From: Auanema rhodensis
Taxonomy: Eukaryota; Animalia; Nematoda
Assembly (NCBI GenBank): GCA_964057225.1
Contig: OZ059897.1
Location: forward strand, 13,454,001 to 13,518,000
Direction: 5' to 3'
Length of the DNA stretch: 64,000 bases
This document shows positions 13,040 to 28,632 of this stretch, piece by piece; positions within the stretch are counted from its first letter, which is position 1, and each line of letters starts with the position of its first letter. The notes beneath the pieces are model-generated. The model had not been told where the DNA came from, made no database searches, and saw only the letters and a program-made list of their open reading frames with translations. The position numbers and the translations under genes were made by a program.

Positions 13040-16000
13040 GGGTCAAACAATGATTCCACTAATTTTTTTCAGAAATTCGTTTTTGTCGTCTCGAAAATAT
13101 GAAGGACAAATATCTAATAAACAAGGGCTATTCCAAGAGAATATTTCAAAATATGAAAAGCTAAAAATCTTTGAACTAAATGAAACTACTAGACTATACT
13201 AGAAATTGATAATCATTTTCTAATCAATTAAAAATTAAAATAAAAATAAAAACAAATTATAAATTGTAGAATTTATATTCATTAATGATATTGAATAGCC
13301 GAATGTTGTTTATTTGACACTTACAAACACTTGCTGCTCTTTTTGAAACTCAGCTCTAATTATCTTATAATTATAATTTAGTATAATGAGTTTGACCTTG
13401 AGAACTTCTGTTAGAAATCATTGAAAAATTATTGTTTCAAAATATATGTATATACATATAGATATAGACAGATATGTATATGAACATTGTATTAAAATTG
13501 TTTTTCTATTTCCTATTGAAATCCAGATAATATATAAAGAGACCTATACATACACACGATAAACAGATATAGAAAGATGACTACTGTTGGTCAAGGACCT
13601 ATCTTTTGCATAACAGTCTGTATCATCTTTATGGATATTCGGGATAGCATTCTCGTATATCTGTTGCATATCTATCACATCCTGAATGCATCATCTTCCC
13701 TCCTCATCAACATATCTCCACAGCGACGACGCCATCGTGGGCATTATCTTCCGAAGTTGCATAGACGATGTCGCGGTCTTCACACCTTTTGCTATTTGTC
13801 ATCACTTAGCTCACCGTTGACTATATATTTGCCTTCAATCTGTCAATTACTAGATTATCTTTTACATTCATCTTTTGTATTTTAGATTATTTTTTGTACT
13901 GATTATAGGGATATGTACGTATGTATGTACTACATATTTGTGGAACAAACAGCTTACATCATCCATCATTTTCTTCGAAATTTTTTCTTGTCTCCAACAC
14001 CCCTATTAACGTTAATCTTATTAATGTTTGTGATAAGCTGTACCTATCTCTAAGGTTCAGTTGTACCAGCCTATAAGGGTATCACGAAGAATATTGCAAC
14101 GTCTTTGTCTCGTGTCAGATGAAACACGAACAAGTACGTCAAATATGTGACAAGCTGCTGTTAGACTTCACGCTCATTGCGTTCTTCTGTTCCAAATTGT
14201 GTCAATCGGGCTTATCAACTTATCACCAAGTTGTTGCACCAATTTCGGCATTAACCCTCGTGCGTATGTGAGTATAGTTCTGATTGATTGATAAGCTTTG
14301 GAGTGTTAGAAACCTTAATTGGGGACAACAGCAAGCGACTGATTGCGTCTTCATTCAGGGCTTGACCCCAAAGGGCAAAAAGGACGAATAATTTTTATAG
14401 GTTGATGGGTCAGAGATATATTAATTTAATTTTGGCATGTTTTTCGTTCATATTTTATTGAAATTATGCTTTCAAGATTTTCAACTAATTTTAAAACGAA
14501 GATTGAGCTAAATGAAATCAAACGATTCTAATCTAAAATGTCAGGATATTTTAATATATGCGATGAACCAAAAATGAAAAACTGATATGTATTTGATTCA
14601 ACTTAATGTTCAACGGAATTTATATTCGAAATTTGATGGTTAAACGTCTAAATGTTACTAATTTTCAGTTTGTTTGGCACAGTTTGAATTTCTTGTCTTG
14701 AACCTTGTTTCTAGGTCTTACCTATAAATCAGAAAAGTTTCCTAATATGTCTGTCGGTCAGATATCATCTTTTCTTCCCTTTTACAGTAAACGATAGTAC
14801 AAAGATGGAATAGTACATATAATTGGATAGAACATAGTGGCAAAGAGATAGACGGGGGATTTTTGAAATAGAATATTATAAGTTCATTATTAATACATAT
14901 ATGTATTTTCAGGTTTTTGATAAAGTTTGATAAACATATTCAAAATATAAATTAGGTTTTCAATTATTCCGATATGAATTAAGTTTTTGATTATTACATG
15001 ATATCCAGTCTATCCTGCTAAAATCTCCTTGCATTACGCTTTGGTAGATGTATCTTCTAATTTATACTAACATAAATCTTTTCCGGCTACACCTTTTTTA
15101 TAACATTAACAACTTTTTTCTTCATTTTACTGAATTTTAATCTTTTAAATCTACCCAAAAAAAAATTAAGACAATTTGAATTGTATTTATAGGTATCTAC
15201 TGATTGCTTCTGTGCCTGTGTGTGGTTCATCTCTTACGTTATCTGGTACAACTCGTCTGGTCTGATTCTCAGGAAGGATACCGTACTATTTGGGTCGCCA
15301 TCTCTCTTTTTCTCATCCAACTTGCGTATGACCCCGCCCGAGACATCACAGGTTTGTCGTCCGTTTCTTATTCTTTTACTTCATCTCTTCCTCTGTCTTC
15401 TGATGTCTTCGTGTCGACGTGAACATCATTACCTCTATTTCTCTCAATTAGTCTTAGTGTATGATCATGTTACCTCGAGGTATCCGTAGTTTCTTATCTA
15501 TCTGTAACTCTCTTTCTTCTCTATGTCTCCTCCTCCTCTTTCACTTCTCTTACCTTTCATTCTATATCAAACGATAGTCCTTCTATCCTTCTAAATCTCC
15601 GATCAGTTCCTCTTTATTTCCGTAATCGTGCTCTTCTTTCTCTCTGTACGAGTCATTATCGTGCCTTGTTACTTTCGGAGAAAATGCTAACCCGAATCAG
15701 AAGGCAGCACCTTGTCGTCATTAACCCAGTGTCTTCTTTTCAGTGTGACTTGATATCTGTTAGATTTGAAAGGTAACAACTTTCTTGAACATTAATTTAT
15801 GAAACTTGCTTTCACCGTTCATAAAGTTGTAAGCTCTTACTTAAACTATTCCTAATCTAGTTTATCCAGAAGTAATTTTTGATCTGCCATCATTTCATTT
15901 CTTTTAATTTATTTGTCTCAATTAATTTTTAACTGCGATTAGAGAAAATATATAGTTACACTAAAATATTTTCATATTTCTTTATATAAATTTAAAATAT

Positions 16001-16174
16001 TTTGTATTTTAATTTTTTCTTTTAATATTTTGAAAATAATTTTCAACCCGTTCATCCATTCAGTTTTTTGTCTACTCTGGTTTTTTATTTTCATAAAACC
16101 TTTTAATCACTACAATCATCAAACATATCGCACTGCTAGCTTCTGTACTACTGACACAATTCTTAACCTGACCT
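13040..16174. promoter_or_regulatory. Cluster of RGGTCA nuclear-receptor half-sites (NHR-23-like) and GATA sites between dpy-2 and dpy-10
   Basis: RGGTCA/TGACCY at 13040, 13393, 14363, 14407, 15329 and 16169, plus 9944 upstream of dpy-2, among many GATA/TATC motifs. Function is inferred from known NHR-23/GATA control of cuticle collagens. Confidence 0.4.
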
Positions 16175-16895
16175 ATCTGACCATCTACTGATCAGAATCC
16201 TTCAGATTTCTCTCTCTGTCTATTTTTCTTTTAACCTCTATCTTTTCTATTTTATTTCTCAATCTCTTTTATCTCTTTAGTTACTATCTTTCCCATAACA
16301 GGCATCTCTTCACTCTTCCAATTCGTGATGTTATTCTCTTATACAAGACGATAATCTTCATTTGCAACTTTTTTTCGTCTACGTTGGGTTATATCCTTCA
16401 TAATCTATTCATATAATTATAATTATCTTTAAAATTGCAATTAAAATTTTATTAATTTAAACATGTAAATATTATTTTTTAGGAGCAACCTGCTGATATC
16501 GTTGTTCAAGTAGAAAAGGATCAACGTGTTGTGACAGTAAAGAAGCTCAAAAACAAGAAGAAGAAGGAGAAAAAAGAAGTCAAAGACAAGAACGGAAAGT
16601 AAGAATATTTCCTTGTTTCAAAATATTTTATTTAATTTCTAAATTTTCAGCTTAGTCTCCAAAGAAGACAAACACGAAACTTTTAGCGTTCTTGATTTTC
16701 TGCGTAGTTTGTTCAAGAGACCAGCGCTCTTGAAGAAGGGAAGAAAGGTAAAATTAAAAAAAAATAGTATAAATTTAATGAAATTATAAATAAATATATG
16801 TTTTGTTTCATGTAAATTCATTTTTCAGTCTTCTTACGCCTTCACTTCTGAATCATCAGCGGCTGACGTTAAAAAGCACTGGTGGTTGGGCAATA

Positions 16896-18207
<1,312 letters not shown>

Positions 18208-18820
18208 AAACTCCTCTTAATAACAACAATTTAATAATAATTAATAATTAATATACTCAATTTAATATTGAGAAAAATTTAATTAGAGAAAAAAATTTTA
18301 AACTTTCAATAAAAACATTTAAAATTCCTTAGATACCTCTTCTCAAGTCTTTTTTAAAAATATCTTGTTTGAGCATTTTTGTGACATGCGTGTATCTACA
18401 ATACATTCCCTATTTTATTGAAGAAAAGAAAAAACGACAAGAAAACTCATTTCCTATGTCGACATATTTCATTGTTTTTTGTGTGATATTTGTAATTTCT
18501 CACAATTATTTAATAAGTTGTTAATAATAATAATAATTTTAATAATAAAAATAAAAATAGCTTGAATTGTTAACTTAAAAAAAAATTTATTTATAGTATA
18601 TCGCATAAGCCTATTGATGATGAGGTTCTAGAAATAATACAAGTAAAAATAATTTATAAAATAATGTTATTATAATATATAAAACAAAATAAAATAAAAT
18701 ATTTATTTTTAAAAGTTTTTAATATTAATATACAAAAATAATAAATTAAAGTTTTGTTGAGTGACTATCACAGTAATTTTTGACTATAAATTTCAAATTT
18801 CTAAATATTTAAAAAATATA

Positions 18821-19662
18821 TCAAGAGTTTACATCAGATGTTGGAGTGATTTCCACATTATTATTAGAGTCAATAGCATAATTAACTTTCTTATCTTCTA
18901 ATTCACAAGCTTCTTCAACTTTCTTCACAGTTTCAATATTTCGCGATGGAAATCTTTCTTGAAACTGAATAGTACATATCATTCCGACCAAAAAAGTTAT
19001 AAAGTAACAATAAAATCCTTCATGTAAACATGAAAATAATCTAGTTTTCATCTAAAATATTAATAATAAATTTAAAAAATTAAAATTAAAAAATACCTGC
19101 AATGATCGTATAAATCCACATATGACGCCTACATTTGTGGATACTGAGAATAAATTCCAAATAGTTTTATTTTGTCCATTTGCAAACCCACAGCAACTGT
19201 AATATGTTTTGTTATTTCCAAAATAAAAAAAAAGTTCCTTACATAAGCAAAGCAGCAATTGATAGAGTGCTTGTTATAGCATGTACTAATCGTTCTAATT
19301 TAGAGACCTAAAGTTCTTATTTTTATATTTAGGTTGATAAAATGCTGTAAATATTACCACTGTAAGTTGATAATCAACAATATATGAAGCAGACAAATCA
19401 GATAAATCTTTTTCCAATGGTAAATTCAATGTCCATATATAGCCATGCATCCAAATAGAACTAAATAAGAAGTCAAAAATGATCCAAGTTAATAAGGATG
19501 CACATAACAATCTAAAAAGAAAAAACAAATATATTAAACAATATATAAATAATCTTACCTAAACAATAATTGTAATATATAACGAAATGTTTCTTCTTCT
19601 TTACTTATAGATGAAAGATCTTCAGGTTCCAATAGATTAATCAATTTAGTTAAAAACTTCAT
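18821..19662 (-). CDS. Hypothetical multi-pass membrane protein (~215 aa, 5 exons)
   Basis: Five phase-consistent GT-AG exons: MKFLTKLINLLEPE...LQLLFR|LLCASLLTWIIFDFLFSSIWMHGY...|VSKLERLVHAITSTLSIAALLI|CCGFANG...VGVICGFIRSLQ|MKTRLFSCLHEGFYCYFITFLVGMIC...DVNS*. About four hydrophobic segments; no family recognised. Confidence 0.7.
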
Positions 19663-21557
19663 GATTTATTCATTTAAATAAACTTTGAATTTTTATAAAA
19701 TGAGGCAAGTATGGAAGAAGTTTAGTCGTTCCTTCAATCAATGATCCTCTTTTCTTGGTTAAAGTTACCTTGACCCCGTTCATGACGAACAATTGAGAAG
19801 ACATCATCATCGTCATCAGAAGAAGACAGACAAAAATGAATAAAAATTTAAAAAGAAAGCTTTGTGAAATAATAATTAATTTATAAAAAAATTTCAATTT
19901 CAAAATAGTTCTTCTTCATTTCTAATATTTTCATTGTTTTTAATGCTACATATTGTTTGTTTTATTTTGAATGAATAGAATACATATGTTTAAATAAATA
20001 TTTAATATATATATATATATATATTATTATTATATTTGGTTATAATATATTTTAAAAATTAAAATTAAAATTAAATAATGAAAAAATATTATAAATCAAT
20101 TTAATAAAGTCAAAATGTTTGTTAAATAATATGAAATATATGATTCAAACGACAAAAACGATCACTTGAAATATGAAGCCTTGAATGGAATATTAGTTTT
20201 TTTGAAAATGATGAAAGAAAAGAAAAATCACATCCACTGAAGACTATAAAGAAAAAAACTTTTAATAAAAACTTCATATAGTTAAAGCTCATAAAGCTCA
20301 TGCATGTAACTCTATAACTTAGGGCATAGTGAAGTTTTAATTTGTGAAACTTGATTCAAGAAGTTATTAAAATGAAATTTCTATGACTATCATATATTAT
20401 TTTATAAAAAATATAAAAGAAATAATAAAAATAAACATTTATACATAAGTTGTATATACATGTATATTCAATAATCTGTACATACATGCGTAGGCTGAAC
20501 TTGATGTCATCAACATCAGCTTATTTCTAAAATATTTTAAAACAAATAAGATTATATTATATTTGATAAATATAATATAGTACTAATCAAAATTCAAATT
20601 TATATAGTAATGGTGATATGAAGCAATTTTTAAACTAATTATCTTGTAATATAATACCATTGTGAGATCTTTTCATCATTTTACTCCCCCTCTCATAGCA
20701 GATCTATCGCCTTATTACAAAGACACAACTAAATATATATTTCTCACTATTTCTTTCATTTTCCTTAAGATGTTTGTGAAAATAAAAATATTTTTATATT
20801 CTTTTTCATTGATTCTATTCTGCCATTAAAATTTTTCTACATTTGTTTTAATTAAATCCAGATGAAGTGAACATTGTTACTTTTTGCAAATTTCAGTGTA
20901 AAGTTCTTTAAGATTTGCTCCAAAATAAATAAGAAAGTATTGCACATTCTCATAGAATATTATGAAAATAAACTTCTCATTTGATATTTCTCTCAATTTT
21001 CAAGCCTATATTCTCTTTTTTCTATTTCTTACATGTTTCCCTCCCTCTTTCTCTCTGTCTTCATCCAGAAATCCATTTTCATTTTCTCTCTAAAGTCTAC
21101 AATTTAAATAGATTTTCAAATCTTTTTTTCTCCTATTTTTATTATTATGTACATGAAAACATTCAAGTTCAACGAGAAGACAGACATCTGTTGTATTCAA
21201 AATTTTCCTGATGTTACCAACGTAAATGAAATCTTCTTTTTGTATTTAATCTCATTTTGTTTCGAAACTTCCGTTTTAATAAGAAAATGCAATCCAGAGG
21301 GCAGAAGCCTATCTTAAGGTTGTAATAAATCATTCCATCAAACTAACACCTGAATTTCAAGATGTTCTTATTTTTCACTTCCTCTTATTTTACAAATGAA
21401 GATGGGATGAATTCGAGAAAAAATGCTGAAGTTAAAGCTACTTAGTACAAGTAAAGTTGTTCTTACATTATTCGTAATTTTTACAACCTGTTAACTTGAA
21501 CTTGAGAAACAACAGATAAATTTTAACATTTATGCAATGGTGATCGTTCGTTTACTT

Positions 21558-21589
<32 letters not shown>

Positions 21590-21600
21590 CGTTTCTCTCT
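21558..21600. repeat. (CT)n microsatellite, imperfect
   Basis: Directly visible tctctctc... run. Confidence 0.85.
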
Positions 21601-24600
21601 ATGAACTCCCTCTATTCCTCTTATTTTATCTCTCTACAATGTTCATGAATCCTCAATTGAGTATGTAACTGAAATGTATGTATATACTATGTGACTTGCA
21701 ACTTATTCAATTTTAGGCGGTCTTTGCCTCGTTTCATTCTCCATTTTCGGAAGATCTCACTGCTTTTTCTCCCTTTTCATCTAGCGCCTTTCAACTGGCA
21801 ACGAATCCAAATCAGATTTCAGATTTCAGACAACCAACCTCTGAAATTTCTGATTTCTTTAAAAATTTCCGTGGACAACTTCAGTGGTTTTTTTATAAAT
21901 GATCTTTAAGCCTTGTATTTTGTTTGAAAATTTTCAACTTGAACTATTCTTGTCAATTCATTTTGTTATTATCAGTTGTTCATGTATCTACACACTTTTA
22001 TTGAATTCATGTTTGAGCTAAAACAAAACTAAAAATCTTTAACTCCAAAAAATGTTTTGAAAACTTGAAGCATAAGGTTGACAGACAAAGAATTTTGAAG
22101 CAGGCGGTATTATTCTGGTCTAGCTTAACTCAGGTCAAATTGTAAAATGGATAAAATCGACATGTGGATGTCTCAAAAAATTTATGTGTCTGTTGAATTA
22201 AAGTGATTTTAGCCATTTGTTCATCATGCGTTTCTCTTTCTCTATCTCTCTATCTCTCTTTCCATTTTTTCTCTATCTCTAGCTATCGTTCTCTGGACTG
22301 ATCTAGGAGTCTTAAGCATGGGGCTGTGCTTTCAATTCGTAGTTCATTCAGCACAATCCATCATCCAACTCACTTATTCTTCCTCTCCTTTGGCTCCTGT
22401 GCATAATTCTTCTCTCGTTTTCTCTGCTCATACCACTCTCTTTTCTTCTTCTTCGATCTTTTTTTTTATTTCTCTTACTTCTTTTCAACTCTCATCATGT
22501 CTTATTCCCTCCTTCTTCTTTCCCTCCATCTTTCATAGCTTTCCTTTAGTTACTTTTATCTTTCAGTTTTCCGCTTCAGACATTTTTATCTGATCTTCAT
22601 TAATAGTTGCTGCCAATAGTCTTCTTAGCTTTTTTTTCAAATGTGAAATGTAAACAAATTCTGTGTAACTTGTTGTTTCCAGGTTTATCAAAATATTTTC
22701 TATTTCTTCCTTTTACACTATACAGTATCATTCATCCCTCATTAATCATTTTACCAGTTTCCAACTGAGAGAGAGAGAGATTATTCATTAGACAACTCGA
22801 ATACAAGTGAAGTAGGAAGCAGAGTTAGTGAATGTTCCTTGGATTCATTTCATTGATTTGAAAGCTATATTGGACCTTCTACTTAATTATCGTAGCCATA
22901 TATTTGGTAGCTAAACTCAGTATAAAACAGAATTATAAAAGAAGAGGAAAATAGGAGAGGATTTCCAGTTGTTCATTTGGAATGGTGAGAAAGAGAGTCA
23001 AAAACTGCCCGATTGAGAGAAAAGCATTGTATCAAAGGAAGAGGGTCGAGAGCTAAGAGAGAAAGTTACATATATGGTTCTCTACACGAGATTTCCATTT
23101 TCTCCCGTGGGGGTGAGGGAGGGTTAAAGCATGCGAGAAGCAAAAGAAAGAGTTTTTAAATCGATAAGTAAAAGAGAAGAAGCCGAATTTTAAAAAGGAG
23201 CGCTACTCTCATTCTAGTAACTATAAGCATAAATAAAGAAATAAAATCACTCCCCCCCTTTCTCCTTAGTTTTTCTTTAAGTCATCGCACTCATATTTGA
23301 ATATTCTCTTTCGACATTTTCCTATAATTACAACTTTTAATACTATTCCAAAAACTTATTCTATATATTGGCACAAGTATAAGTAAATATTATTATATTG
23401 ATTACTTATTTTCCGTTTTTTTTCTAAATTAACTATTCTGATTATATAATATATTGGCAAAAATGCATTTTGCAGCTTTATACTTACTTATAAAACGAAA
23501 AGCAATTGAAGTATTATATAACTTTTCTCTGAAATAAACACCTTATTAACTATAAATAAATAAAAGCATTTACTAATTCAATTATTTTCATAGAGATAGA
23601 GAATAAATCCAATTATTTGTTTTATAAGTTCTTTCGAAGCAAGCATTGAGTGACAGTTACATATGCTATTGCTTACAGCCTTTTCTCAACCCAATTTTGG
23701 GACATAAATACTACAACAACCTTTTTGAACTTGACGTTCTGACGTGTTCTTTAGTGACATGGAAGAAGTGTAAGTTGAATGAATGAGTGTAATTTAGTTG
23801 CTTGGAAGCTGTCTTAGCTTCTTCAATTTTCTTTTTCTTCTCTTCAGATCATCGATTTCAACACGTTTCTCATCTCGACAACATCTCCTCTGATCTCAAC
23901 GATACCGCTGATATTGCCGTATAGATAGATTTTCAACTATATCCGCAAAATAATAATTTTGAGAAAAAACGCCAGAATATTTTCTATTTATTACATGAAA
24001 ACTACGACGATTACTTATTCATTAGTTCATGTCTTTTGTTTTACAATCTATATTAAAATATAAATTATATTAATAGATATTAGATATTATTCTTATGTTA
24101 AGCCTTAAATTTATGCTTTTTCTGCTTCATTTACTTTTTTTATTCTAACTAACTGCTAATCTTGTATACGCAGCTTTTCACAATCCTTTTTAGTATCCAC
24201 TTAGCACGTTCCTTTAATTGCTTCCTTTTCATTTGTGAAGAAAAACATTTTTTTCTTTTAAAAGTTTGTCAGAATGAGTTTAAGAGAGACTTTCTATAGT
24301 TCCATCATGCCTTCTCCTTTTTTGTTATTTTTTAAAATACAAATAAGTATGTTGTTTGTTTTTTTTGGTGACATTTCCTCAATGATAATTCATTTCTTTT
24401 CTTCTGTAATTTAAAAAAATAATTTAATTTTTTGAAAAAAAAAAGAAAAAAAAGAAAACAATTTATTTCATACGATTAAGTATAAATAAGTTGATTTCTC
24501 AACTTTATTTTTTAACCAATAATATAAATGAGGTGTTTACTCAGGTGACTATTTGATTGATAACTTTAATCTTCAACGTTTTTTTTAATCTAGCATAACT

Positions 24601-26127
24601 ACTAAAAATATATTATAGTAAATAGTATATATATATATATATTTTTTTTTTTGTTTTGAAGAAGTTATAACTATAACTTCAATGGGGGGAAAGGACACCG
24701 AGGAAAGATGTTTTCCATATTTTCCTTGTCTTATAGTTGCGTACTATTTTTTGAAATAAAGATATGAAGGACAGCAGTGCATCTGATATAAGTAAAGTAT
24801 ATTGAGAAAGTATGATCACATTTAAAATTCAATAGAAAAGAGATGAAAGAAGAGATTTTTTAAGAAAAAAAAAGACCGGAAATAACGGTTATGAAGCATA
24901 GAAAAATTGAATGTCTTTAAGCTATGAAGAGAACGTGTAAAAAATTATTTTCTCTTTTCTCTCATAATGTGATTTTGTTTGAAATATGTCCGAAGATATG
25001 ATAGATGAGCTTTCATATGAAAACGAACGAATATCTGAATTGAGTAGGGGGCTAGAAGAGAAACGAAAGAAAGATGATTGGGAGCTGGATGATAGTGAAC
25101 AAACTTTTTTTTTTTTTAAATTTAATTTGATTTTTTCATTTTTTTTTGCTTTTTAACTTTAAACCAATTATGAGAATTTCCGGTCCAATGACTTGTATCT
25201 GTTTTTAGTTTTTTTCCTCATTGGGAGATTTTCTATTTTCTTGGATCTTTTTTTTTTACTGTTTCGTTAAAATTTCAATAATATATTCACATATACAAGT
25301 AACTATACGTATTTTTCTTTTAACTATATATATATATATATTTACGTTCATGTTTATGTATATTTGTTAATTGTTTATTTTATGTGTACATGTTTAAGAA
25401 TAAGTGTTCGTATTTCAAAAAGCTAGACAAATGACTTTTCCACATTTCTGCCATAGAAAGGAAGATGACCAGCATAATTCAGTCTATGTTAAGACATTGT
25501 CTTTCTTCTATCGATGTAAATATCTTGAAAGTGTATCTTCTAATCTTCCTCTTCTTCTTCTGAAGATAATCCCCTTTCTCTTCCACTTTTGTCGTCTTCT
25601 TCATCGTCTTCTTGTTTCCGTTTTCCAAAATTCCGACAACTTCGTTTTCTTTCTTTTCATATAGTATCATATGGCTTTTTGTCTTATTTTTGGAATTATT
25701 GACCCTTTTAGTTTGTTAATTTTAAATTTTTGACTATTTGTTTCTGTATAAGTTAGAGATATTATATAATTCGTTTCAGTTCATATGTCTTTCAACTGCT
25801 GAAACAATCCGTTAAATTCGGTTTACAGCTATCCTATTAAAGGATAATTAAGGTAAATTATATCTATTTTTTTAATTTTCAAATCTTTCTTTCTTTCCAA
25901 AAACTAGCATATTAATGTACTAACATGACATATTATGAGTATCTTATGTTCCAAAGAAGGGAAAACTGAAAAATAATTTTTTAAATAAGAAAACAATGAA
26001 TTGCTCTATATAGCATGCTTTATTTTATAATAGAATTTGAATAATTAAATCTATATCTGAATATTCTCATAGGTCAATGGGTGTATATTGGAGACGTTTG
26101 TACAAAGACGCGACAAGACGTACATAC

Positions 26128-28632
26128 ATGGGACAGCGCGCAGCCAAGCATAATGTGCAGGTTTGTATTTAAAATATATCCAGAAGCATATTTCAAATTG
26201 GATATTGTATTAGAATCAGAACTTTAGTTACTTATTTAAAAATAATATTTTTATAATTATTTTAATGTAAAACTTTTCGTTCAGGCGGGAGTTCGACTCT
26301 ATCATCAGCGTCATCACGCTCATGCTATTCAAAAATGGCGGAGTGCTCTTAATAGATTGACGTAATGCTCTCAGTTTCCTTATTAAAACTTAACAAATAG
26401 TATCTTTAGTGATGCTGAAGATAGATTTATTACTTTGGGCTATTTGGCACAAGCTTATTGTGATGGAGGAGATTATGAGGCAATGCTTCATTATGCTCAA
26501 CTTCAAATGGAATTAGCTAATAATCGTAAAGATGAGTATATGAAAAGCGAAGCTTTTTTGAATTTAGCTAAAGCATACGAACGTTTAGCAGATTTTAGTA
26601 AAGTAAATTGAAAAATATGTTTCATCATTATTTTAATTTTTACTTGCAGGCATTATCATACGGTAAAGCAAGCTTACAACATCCTAGTATGGACCCAAGA
26701 ACGCCTGGTTATGCTCATCTAGGTGAGAAAAATATTTTTTTTTTGTTTTAATTAGCCTAATTACTTATTCAGCAATTGCCATGGCTCATCTGGGCTTATC
26801 ACAATTTCAAAACGCTTTGGAATGCTTCGAGAGCTCTATGAATGTAGCAAACGACACTTCAGACAAGCTTTTAGAATTACAGATATGTGTTGGACTCGGA
26901 TCCCTTTTCACACTGTTGAGGTAAACCCAAAAATTTTAAAGTTTTCTATTATATAATTAATGAATTTTAAGGGATCTTAATAAAGCTCTTATATTTTTAC
27001 GAAATGCATTAAACATCGTGCAATCAGTTACTGTTGATGATGTACATGCTAAGTATCGATGTGTTATCTTATATCATTTATCTGTTGCCTTACGTATAAA
27101 AGGATCATTGGCTGAGGCTAAAGAGGCTTGTGATGTAATTCATACATACATCAAGTTTATATATTGATATTCATCAATTATAGGAAGCATCACAACTTGC
27201 TTCTGAATCTGGCAATAGAGCTTTACAAGCTAGATGTATGTGTAGTTTAGCTGATATCAATAGGGAATTAGGTGAATCAGAAGCTCGAGAAACAATAACG
27301 GTAAAACTAATTAAATTTTTTTTAAATATTTTGAAAACAAATTAACTTGTAGAAATCTTGGGTAAGATATGAGGATGCATTTAGAATTATGAGGCAATCT
27401 AATGATCGCATGGGAGAGGTAACTGTTATTGTTCATCGTTTTCTTTTAAAAAAAATATTTTGAAGGTTCTTGTACTTGCTAGCATGGCTAAAAGTGCTTC
27501 GGAAAGCCGTAGCCATTATACAGGACAATGTGAATGTCAAGCTATTCAACTGAATAAGAAATGTTTAGAAATCGCAAAGATTTTAGGATGTAAAGTAAAT
27601 ATTTTTTTACTTTTATAAATGAATAAATAATAATATTTTTAGCATGTCATGTTAAAATGCCACAGTCGGTTAGCAGAATTATATTCGCAACTTAATGATG
27701 AAGATAGTGAAGAAGTTGCGCGGAAAGCTGCCAGCCAATTAACACAAGAAATGGAATTGTTTTGTAATTTCTGTGGACAAAGGTATGAAACTAAATATTA
27801 TATTAGAATTATAATATAAAATAAAATTCTACACTTTCCGTTATTATTATAGTTTTATAAATTTGTTTAAAATCAACCAGCATTATAGCGTTTGCATTTA
27901 AAATGATGTTTAAAAGTGGCGTTATTGTTCACGTATTTTCACTATTTTATTCTAATTTCACGTAAAAATGATAATCATCTGTTTCAGATATGGAATGAAA
28001 GACGATTCATTACAAGCTTTAAGATGTTCACATATTTTTCACGAAAGATGTTTGCATACTTATTTATTGGAACGAGAAGATCAAACTTGTCCAAAATGCA
28101 GATGTAGAGCTGTATTATCAGATAACATTTCAATGAGAACTCCAAGTATTTGCTCTACAATGGATCTGAATACACCATCAAGTAAGTTTCTTATTCACAA
28201 TATAAGTTCTATTAATCTTTACATTCGTTCAGCATCATATCCACTTCAAACGGGACCTTACGGTGGAGTTCGAACTCCTCTAGTTGAAGTAGCAGAACAG
28301 TTGGCTTCTGATGGCACTCTTACTCGAAATCATAACTCTACTTTCAGGTTTGATACACTTTCTTTATCTAGAAAACCTTTTCTTTCAGACCAATGGAAAA
28401 TACAAATGAACGAACTTTAGAGAGAAAGAAAAAAGAGCCGACAAAGCCACCACCTCCTCCTCGTAAACCTTGTTGTAGTCAGGTATTTCTAATTCTAAAA
28501 AACAATGTAAAACTTATTAAATTTCAGGACAGTTTACCACCGTCATCCATAGTTGGTATGCCTGCTCCAATGGCATTACAAGAGAATGGTCCTCTTGTAT
28601 TTTCAAGAGCTCCAACAATAACAGATGTATGA
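26128..28632 (+). CDS. rpy-1: Rapsyn (43 kDa receptor-associated protein of the synapse)
   Basis: N-terminal myristoylation-type [22 protein letters not shown] repeats ([22 protein letters not shown]; [20 protein letters not shown]; [14 protein letters not shown]). RING-H2 [44 protein letters not shown]. Stop at 28630-28632. Confidence 0.95.

Noticed and set aside
20000-25700. Short Phe/Leu/Ser-rich ORFs in intergenic DNA (also 40000-49000 and 52000-60600)
   Set aside because: Low-complexity pyrimidine/purine tracts with no domain signal or consistent exon chain
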